64,000 nt of DNA from the NCBI RefSeq assembly GCF_009914755.1, contig NC_060926.1. One strand, given 5' to 3'. The notes under the pieces are model-generated. The model was given only the letters and a program-made list of their open reading frames with translations, was not told the DNA's origin and did no database searches. Of the stretch, positions 54,185-64,000 are shown in pieces. The translations under genes were made by a program, and so were the position numbers. The stretch's first letter is position 1; the number at the start of each line of letters is the position of its first letter. The stretch comes from the human T2T-CHM13v2.0 reference genome, Homo sapiens.

Positions 54185-55669
54185 TGAGAGGTGACAGCGT
54201 GCTGGCAGTCCTCAGAGCTCTCTCTCCCTTTCAGCACCTCCTCTGCCTGGGCTCCCACTTTGGCGGCACTTAAGGAGCCCTTCAGCCCACCGCTGCACTG
54301 TGGGAGCCCCTTTCTGGGCTGGCCAAGGCCAGAGCCGGCTCCCTCAGCTTGCAGGGAGGTGTGGAGGGAGACGCGCAAGTGGGAACCGGGGCTGCGCGTG
54401 GTGCTTGCGGGCCAGCTGGAGTTCCGGGTGGGCATGGGCTTGGTGGGCCCCGCACTCGGAGCAGCTGGCCGGCCCTGCCGGCCCCGGGCAACGAGGGGCT
54501 TAGCACCCGGGCCAGCGGCTGCAGAGGGTGTACTGGGTCCCCCAGCAGTGCCAGCCCACCAGTGCTACGCTCGGTTTCTCACCGGGTCTTAGCTGCCTTC
54601 CCAAGGGGCAGGGCTCAGGACCTGCAGCCCGCCATGCCTGAGCCTCCCACCCCCTGTATGGGCTCCTGTGCAGCCCCAGCCTCCCTGATGAGTGCCGCCC
54701 CCTGCTCCATGGCACCCAGTCCCATCGACACCCAAGGGCTGAGGAGTGCGGGCACATGGTGCGGGACTGGCAGGCAGCTCCACCTGCAGCCCTGGTGCGG
54801 GATCCACTGGGTGAAGCCAGCTGGGCTCCTGAGTCTGGTGGGGACGTGGAGAACCTTTATGTCTAGCTCAGGGATTGTAAATACACCAATCAGCACTCTA
54901 TCTAGCTCAAGGTTTGTAAACACACCAATTAGCACCCTGTGTCTAGCTCAGGGTTTGTGAATGCATCAATCCACACTCTGTATCTAGCTACTCTGGTGGG
55001 GCCTTGGAGAACCTTTATGTCTAGCTCAGGGATTGTAAATACACCAATCGGCACTCTGTATCTAGCTCAAGGTTTGTAAATACACCAATCAGCACCCTGT
55101 GTCTAGCTCAGGGTTTGTGAATGCACCAATCCACACTCTGTATCTAGCTACTCTGGTGGGGCCTTGGAGAACCTTTGTGTCAACACTCTGTATCTAGTTA
55201 ATCTAGTGGGGACTTAGAGAACCTTTATGTCTAGCTCAGGGATTGTAAACACACCAATCAGCGCCCTGTCAAAACAGACCACTCGGCTCTACCAATCAGC
55301 AGGATGTCGGTGGGGCCAGATAAGAGAAAAAAAGCAGGCTCCCCGAGCCAGCAGTGGCAACCCACTCGAGTCCCCTTCCACACTGTGGAAGCTTTGTTCT
55401 TTCGCTCTTTGCAATAAATCTTGCTACTGCTCACTCTTTGGGTCCATACTGCTTTTATGAGCTGTAACACTCACCGCGAAGGTATGCAGCTTCACTCCTG
55501 AGCCAGCGAGACCACGAACCCACGACAAGGAAGAAACTCCGAACATATCCGAACATCAGAAGGAACAAACTCCAGACGCGCCACCTTAAGAGCTGTAACA
55601 CTCACTGCGAGTGTCCACGGCTTCATTCTTGAAGTCAGTGAGACCAAGAACCCACCAATTCCGGACACA
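54185..55669 (+). mobile_element. 3' LTR (LTR12C-like), 1485 bp
   Basis: Direct repeat of the 5' LTR, preceded by the polypurine tract. AATAAA at 55413-55418. Confidence 0.93.
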
Positions 55670-56339
55670 TTTTCATGCCTCTGTCCTGGAGATTCCTTTC
55701 ACTTAAGATAGCATGAGCACCCTCTTTTTGCAGTCCAGGTAGTAGGTAGGTGTTGTCCCGCTTCCTGGCATTCTTTCCCTAGTCTCTGTTTAACTAAGGT
55801 CACTCCCTCAGTGTGGGTAGGGCAGAGCACCTCACACCGCACATAGAGATGGGTAGGGGACCTAGACTGACCAGAGGATCCCCTGTTCCTGATTACAGTG
55901 ATTGGCCCAGGGGCAGGCACCTGACCCTAACTGGCCAATCAGAGGAGCCTGCCTTTTCACATTCCCTGCTAAATGGGCAGGGTGCGGCCCTGGGGCAGCC
56001 ATTTTGCCTAGCCCAAGGGATAGCACGTGCAAAGTAGGAGAGAGATGAAGATAAAACAGTACCTAACGTGCCAAGGTTATAGGCACCAGTACATTCCACC
56101 CCACCTTTATGTTTTTATTTTTTGCTTAAGCTAATTTGGAAGGTTTCTGTCAATCACAACTGAAAAAATTCTAACCAATACATTCACTCTTCTGTTTCCA
56201 GTCAAGAAATTGTTATAAGAAAGTACAGGAAATTCTTCACGCTCACAGCTGGATGGCAATACATGACTCGGCTGATGTTAACGCTGTTGGAAAAGCAGCA
56301 CAGATTTTTTAAGAAGAAAAATTGCCAGGATAAACATCA

Positions 56340-56662
<323 letters not shown>

Positions 56663-57391
56663 ATTCTAGCACATCTATAAGCTATATTTGAAATGTTATA
56701 TTTTTCCCAAAATGTTACCCACAAGTAAAACATATTTGAGGAGGTTGAGACTGGGACCTACTTAAATTATCTTAGCTTCCAAATTCCATTCAAGCAGAAA
56801 TCAATTTTCTGGTTTACTCAGCCAGACTGTGTTTATTAATTCTTTTTCTGTTCCCCTTGGAATTTCAAACTATCAGCTTAGTTTTTAATTGAATTCATTC
56901 CTTAAATGCTAAAACAGTTGGAATGATTCCGCAGCGTTTCACAATGCTGGTTTGAGGGCATAGTCTATGCCACAGGTCTGATACTTTCGAACTTTTAAAG
57001 GTGACTGAAACAGATCATGTAACGACCATTTGTATCTGTACAGACTCCTGGTTGTCTAATCCTTTCCTTATTCTTTATAGGCCTGTCAGGTTTTAAGAAA
57101 TACAGAAACGAAATATTTCTGACATCAAAGAAACCCACTTTTTTTTGTTCCCACTATCAGGAAAGATGTGTGTGTCTCATTTTTTCACTATATATACAAC
57201 TAAGAGAAACAATAACTGCAAAGAATCTGCTTAGTAAATCACTAGAGACCCCAAACATCATACGAATGACTGAGTCCTAATTAAGTAGCAGAAAGTGGGA
57301 CTATTTTTATTTAATAACAAAGTGTTTTCATCTTAACCATATTGATGGCTCTTTTCCTCAAACACTGCCTGTTTTCTGCTTTTAAAAATTA

Positions 57392-57692
<301 letters not shown>

Positions 57693-57719
57693 TTATATTT
57701 TGAAATACTGTGAAACCAA

Positions 57720-58260
57720 TTGAAGAGAAAGAAATATAAGCAATCACCTTTAGTCACTGTGTCTCAGCACAGCCATTAAAAGAATTTTAATGCATTTCCT
57801 ATTTTTCATACACATGATTTTTCTGACATTAATCACAATACATATCTCAATTTGATCCTGCATTTTTCACTACACATTAGATCATAAACATTTCTGGTGC
57901 TATTTTAATAATTTTCCCAATCATTGTTTAAAATGGCTGCCAAATATTTTTTGGGTGGATACATAATATTCTTTTAAAATGATTTCCCCTCTGCTATTAA
58001 ATTGTTGCTACTGTTATCTTGCTACTACAAATTATACCTTTTAAAAAAATTAAAACTCTTATAGCCACATTTGAGCAAATTATCCCTTGATCATATCTTT
58101 GTATAGGTGAATATTTCTGTATTTAAGATAATTACTTTAGGAGGGTTTTCTTAAAGTAGAATTTATGGGTGAAAAGGCAGTTTTTATACCTTAATACATA
58201 CTGCCAAACTCCTTTCAAAGAGTTGTATTAATGTATACTCCCACCAGCAATAGACAAGAA
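57720..58260 (-). mobile_element. Old L1 3'-end fragment
   Basis: AT-rich, with the motif ACTGCCAAACT..TTTCAAAG.GTTGTA..AAT.TA.ACTCCCACCAGCAAT typical of the antisense L1M ORF2 end. Confidence 0.55.
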
Positions 58261-59238
58261 AAGCACTGAGTCTGTATAGTCTCAATGCCAAGTAGATGTT
58301 GGTGGTGGTGGGGAGGGGTGGTCTTTAGAAAAAGAAAATCTTCTCACTCTTCTTTATTCTAATGGGATTAATAAGTAGTCATCAAAAAGTAGCCCATATA
58401 TGTTCAAAGAAGTAGTGCAGAGTATCTGATATCCTTAATGCCCACATTTTGAAACACATTCAGGAGGGAATAAAATCATGCAGTTTTAAGGTGGATCAAG
58501 AGACTTATTTAGGTCACTTATGAAAGCAATAAAATCAATTAAAGGGGAGGAGTGAAGGGAGGAGAAACTACAAATGAAAGTTTTGCTTTGTCCAGTTCTC
58601 TTGGATGAAAATGATTAGGATTTGTTCCTCTTTAAACCATGCTGTTGTGAGTGAAGCACACATTTTGGTCTTGCAATTTGTGAGGCTTGGTCCTTATCAA
58701 GGAGCTAAAAGTGAATGGTGTCTGGTAGAAGTTTTCAACACAATGTTTCTCTGTGGGTAAAAAAAAAATGGCCCTTTTTACTTATGGTAGAATATGTCCT
58801 CTGGCGTCTACCCCAAAAGGCACATGTAGATACTCTCCTCACAGACTTTCCTATGGACAAAAAAATGATGCTGATCCATCACCAATGACTCAGTTATTTC
58901 GAAAATAACTTAAATAGCCAATAAGTATACAACTTTACATTGGTAATGTGAAGATTAAAAATCATTTTCCAACCAAATTCCTTACCAGTTGTTTCTCCAC
59001 CTACACTGGGGGACAAAGTATAATTCACCTGAATCCCTGACACAAAGAAGGCTGCATGTTTTGTTTTGTTTTTAACAAGTGAGAATAGCTCCTCTATATC
59101 AAGAGGCCTTCGGGCACATAAGATCCTAGAGCATTTCTAAATTCAAACTTAATGTACTTTTGATAACTAAAAAACTAAGTAGTAATCTGATATGCCTTCA
59201 TATGGTCATTATTCATTTTTTCATAGGTTAACCTTTGA

Positions 59239-59557
<319 letters not shown>

Positions 59558-59891
59558 TAACCTTTGAGATTGTATGTATAAGTGACTAAAATATTTCAGC
59601 GAGCTCATTTTCACTGATCATGTTAAGAAAGGAAAGATGGGTGCCTGTTTGTATCTTTTATAACTAGCCTCATTCTCAAAAGTATTTGAAGAGACTAGGT
59701 GAATGTCTATAGGTATCTACTATATTGCACCAGATCTACAGCTCAGATTTCTGGTGATTGTAGGTTTCACATATATCAACATTGAGGCAGCCTATTCTAA
59801 GTCAACAGGGCTCAAATGACACTACCACCTTAGAATGCAAAACACATTTCAGAAGAATTAGAGAATTAAAACTTTTTTGAAAATCAAAAGT

Positions 59892-60099
59892 ACCAGCCTG
59901 GGCAACATAGTGAGATCCTGTCTCTACCAAAAAAATTATCCAGGCATGATGACACACACCTATTAGTTACTCAGGAAGCTGAGGTGGGAGGATTGCTTGA
60001 GCCCGGGAGGTGGAGCCTGCAGTGAGCCAAGATTATGTCACTGCGCTCCAGCCTGGGCGACAGAGCAAGACTATCTCAAAAAAAAAAAAAAAAAAAAAA
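59892..60099 (+). mobile_element. 5'-truncated Alu (J-like)
   Basis: Starts mid left arm and has polyA. Near-TSD AAAATCA(A/C)AAGTA. Confidence 0.8.
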
Positions 60100-60838
60100 T
60101 CACAAGTAAAAATTAGAAGAAATTAAAGTGAATATGTCTCTGGAGGGAATTTTTTAAGTAGTAGAAGAAATAAATAAGGGAAAGATACATAGATCTCATT
60201 CATTAATTCAACACATTTTTTCAGCACTATATGAGGTAGTGGGCATTGATAAATAAGGCAGACAACAGTCCCTTCTTTCATGGGACTTACATTCCAGAAG
60301 ATGATGACGAACTACCTAATTTGATGACACAGACGTTTTAGATTTTAAACTTCTGTATAAATAAAATACAAGCAAAAGGAAAAATCCCTGAAAAACTTCA
60401 ACAAATATAAGTGCTAATATCTCTTAACTATATAGAGTTTAAACAAATCAACAGAAAAGAATACTAAAACTCCACCCAACAGATAACTGGGCAAAGACCA
60501 TAACCAGAAAGTGTACAGGAAGGGCCACAAGTAACTGGTTAATAAACACTAATTAGAATGCATAGCCATAAATCAATCAAACATATTAAAACAACTAATA
60601 TGTTAAAAAACATATTAAAACAACAGTCATATTAAAACAAATCAAACATATTAAAAGAACATTTTTAAACTATCAAATTAATGAATATTTTAAAAATAAC
60701 GATAAACAAGACATACAAATTTGGTGAAATGAGTATGCTCTTGATTGCTGAAGTTCTGTCAAAATTTATCAACAACCTGTACATAATCTTTAGTAAATCC
60801 CATTTGTGACAATCCTTAAAAAGTGATGCCCAAATTTA

Positions 60839-61615
60839 GGCCGGGCGCAGTGGCTCATGCCTGTAATCCCAGCATTTTGGGAGGCCGAGGCAGGTGGATC
60901 ACGAGGTCAAGAGATCAAGACCATCCTGGCCAACATGGTGAAACCCCGTCTCTACTAAAAATACAAAAAATTAGCCAGGTGTGGTGGCGGGCGCCTGTAG
61001 TCCCAGCTACTAGGGAGGCTGAGGCAGGAGAATGGCGTGAACCCAGGAGGCAGAGCTTGCAGTGAGCCGAGATCACTGCACTCCAGCCTGGGCGACAAAG
61101 TGAGACTTGTCTCAAAAAAAAAAACAAAAACAAAAGTGATGCCCAAATTTAGAAAAGACTATGCTTTGGGCTGAGTGTGGTGGCTCATGCCTGTAATCCT
61201 AGCACTTAGGGAGGCAGAGGCAGGAGGATAGCTTAAGCCCAGGTGTTCAAGACCTGTTTGGACAACATAGCAAGACCCCATTTTCAAAAAAACATAAAAA
61301 TAAGCCAGGTGTGGTGGCTCATACCTGTAATCCCAGCACTTTGGAAGTCTGAGGTGGGCAGATCGCTTGAGGCCCGGAGTTCGAGACCAGCCTGGCCAAC
61401 ATGGTGAAATCCCATCTCTACTGAAAATACAAAAAAATTAGCCAGGCATGGTGGCAGGTGCCTATAATCTCAGCTACTCGGGATGTTGAGGCAAGAGAAT
61501 AACTTGAACCCAGGAGGCAGAGGTTGCAGTGAGTCGAGATCACATGACTGCACTCCCGCCTGGGTGACACAGCAAGACTCTATCTCAAAAATAAAAATAA
61601 AATAATAAAAATAAA
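60839..61615 (+). mobile_element. Alu cluster: AluSc/Y-like (60839-61133), monomer (61169-61300), AluS (61303-61615)
   Basis: The first element has a 20-bp TSD AAAAGTGATGCCCAAATTTA. The monomer and dimer together sit between AAAAGACTATGC repeats. Confidence 0.85.
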
Positions 61616-61714
61616 AGACTATGCATCGTCTTATCACAGCATTTGTTTTTTATCTGAGCATTGAGTACCAATATTCTTGCATGACAAAGTTGTGTATGTA
61701 ATCAAAAGTTATAA

Positions 61715-62189
<475 letters not shown>

Positions 62190-62639
62190 TAGTGCCTCAT
62201 TTTTTTTCACTTGCACATTTTGCTACATATATTTTCTTCATTTTTCCCCATCATATCAGCTGTTCTTGTGCCCCTTTTTCTTTTGAAACATTCCTTCTAG
62301 AGTTTCCTATTTTCTTTTTCTATTATATTGATTGGTTTCTCTTTCAGCTTGCTGCACAGTGGTCAACCTGGGACATTTCCTCACTACTCCTCTCCCAGAT
62401 TGTATCTACTTTCTCCTGGGTCCCATGCCTTCCTCTTTCTGGATCTGCTCCTTTGTTTTGCTGTATTTATCACCAGCGGCATCTTTTAAAATGGTATTTG
62501 GGAGGTAATTTTTATGAGTTTTTGCATGTTGAAAGTCTTTGTTTTCACAATTCATTGTTAGTTTGGCTAAATATAGAATCCTAAGTTGAAAATAATGTTC
62601 CTGTTCTCATCTTTCTGAGGATGCTAATTGTATTTTTAA

Positions 62640-63035
<396 letters not shown>

Positions 63036-64000
63036 TAAAGGATTTTCTTACTTGCATGGTAGAAACTGTGGGTATGTGGCTAGGATATGTTGAGATCAGA
63101 CAAGTGAATGGCAAACCCAGTCTTTTTCCTAGGGTTCCCTAAGTGTTGGGATATAGTGTTCTTTCCTCTGGGCTCATTGAGTTTTTCCAGAGGATAAACT
63201 CCACCAATCTTTTGCCCAAGGGGCCTATGTCCAGTGGCTGGCCTATGCTATGGTTTGAATGCGTCCCCTCCAAAATTCAGGCATTATCAACGTGATAGTA
63301 TTCAGAGGTGTGGACTTTAAGAGGTGATTAGGCCCCTAGGGCTCCCTGCAGATCTAAGGAATAGAAGGATATTCAAATTGCACAAAATAGCGGTTTATCC
63401 CACATAAACAGGAGCTCCATTTATTTAACATTCATTGTTGTAGAGTTTCTCTGAAACTATTCTATTTCACATTTATGTCAAAATTGCTCATCTTATAAGA
63501 ATCGACAGACTTACGTATTTTACTAGTTAAACATCTGTGAAAATTCCCAACATAGCAACTCTGTAAATTTTATTTTTTCTTATTTTGTAGACGGTTTTAC
63601 GGAATTGTCTTAAGGCTACTGTCTAAAAGCATAGCACACGTGTTCCATGCACTGAAAGAACAGTTAATAAGGACATAAGTGGGACACTGTCTCACATTTC
63701 TCCCTCTTTTCGGTTCCTTTTCTTTCTCTCAGATACCCTAATTCTTGTCTCATTTATGTTCCTGGGAGCATGGCGGAGAAGGGGAGAGAATCTGATAGGT
63801 CACTAATGCCTTAGTATGAACTTGATCAATATTTTCCTCATTTTGGGAGCTTATGCATTTAGAAGAGGACATGTGAAAAGGCAAAATCCTCCACAAAACA
63901 TTTCTCAACAGTTAAATCAAGGGTGGTATATGTCAACTCTTGGGCTCTCATATCCTACCTGTGGAGTTTCAGGCATTGCTGCAGTGAGTGAGAAAGATAT

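Larger units (their letters stand above)
46637..55669 (+). mobile_element. HERV9 (ERV9) provirus with two LTR12C-type LTRs, internally deleted, antisense in STPG4 intron
   Basis: TG...CA-bounded direct repeats at both ends. A 4-bp TSD TTTT at 46633-46636 and 55670-55673. PBS, gag-pro-pol-env remnants and polypurine tract are in canonical order. Confidence 0.95.

Noticed and set aside
58981-59045. Possible 52-nt minus-strand exon with AG and GTAAG signals
   Set aside because: Not a multiple of 3, has no STPG motif, and cannot be told from a chance match.
60575-60665. Short CATATTAAAACAA repeats
   Set aside because: Low-complexity slippage within old AT-rich L1-like sequence.

Overview
Primate (human-like) genomic DNA, recognisable as the 2p21 TTC7A/STPG4 junction. 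On the + strand are the last two coding exons and the 3' UTR of TTC7A (7561-7763; 20490-~22925). On the - strand, converging on it, are the last two coding exons of STPG4/C2orf61 (37124-37020; 33879-33757), each carrying a PGPGxY repeat. The dominant element is a 9.0-kb two-LTR HERV9/LTR12C provirus (46637-55669) lying antisense in the STPG4 intron. It has a 4-bp TSD, a tRNA-Arg primer-binding site, a decayed gag, an uninterrupted reverse-transcriptase frame, no integrase or most of SU, and an env TM remnant. The rest is Alu, MaLR/ERV1 solo LTRs, old LINE/MIR remnants and a compound minisatellite at about 31.3-31.8 kb. I see no new gene family here. The best second-look items are structural details of the provirus and an STPG4 polyA signal that overlaps its stop codon. 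Gene and repeat-family names come from my recall of these sequences, not from a database search.
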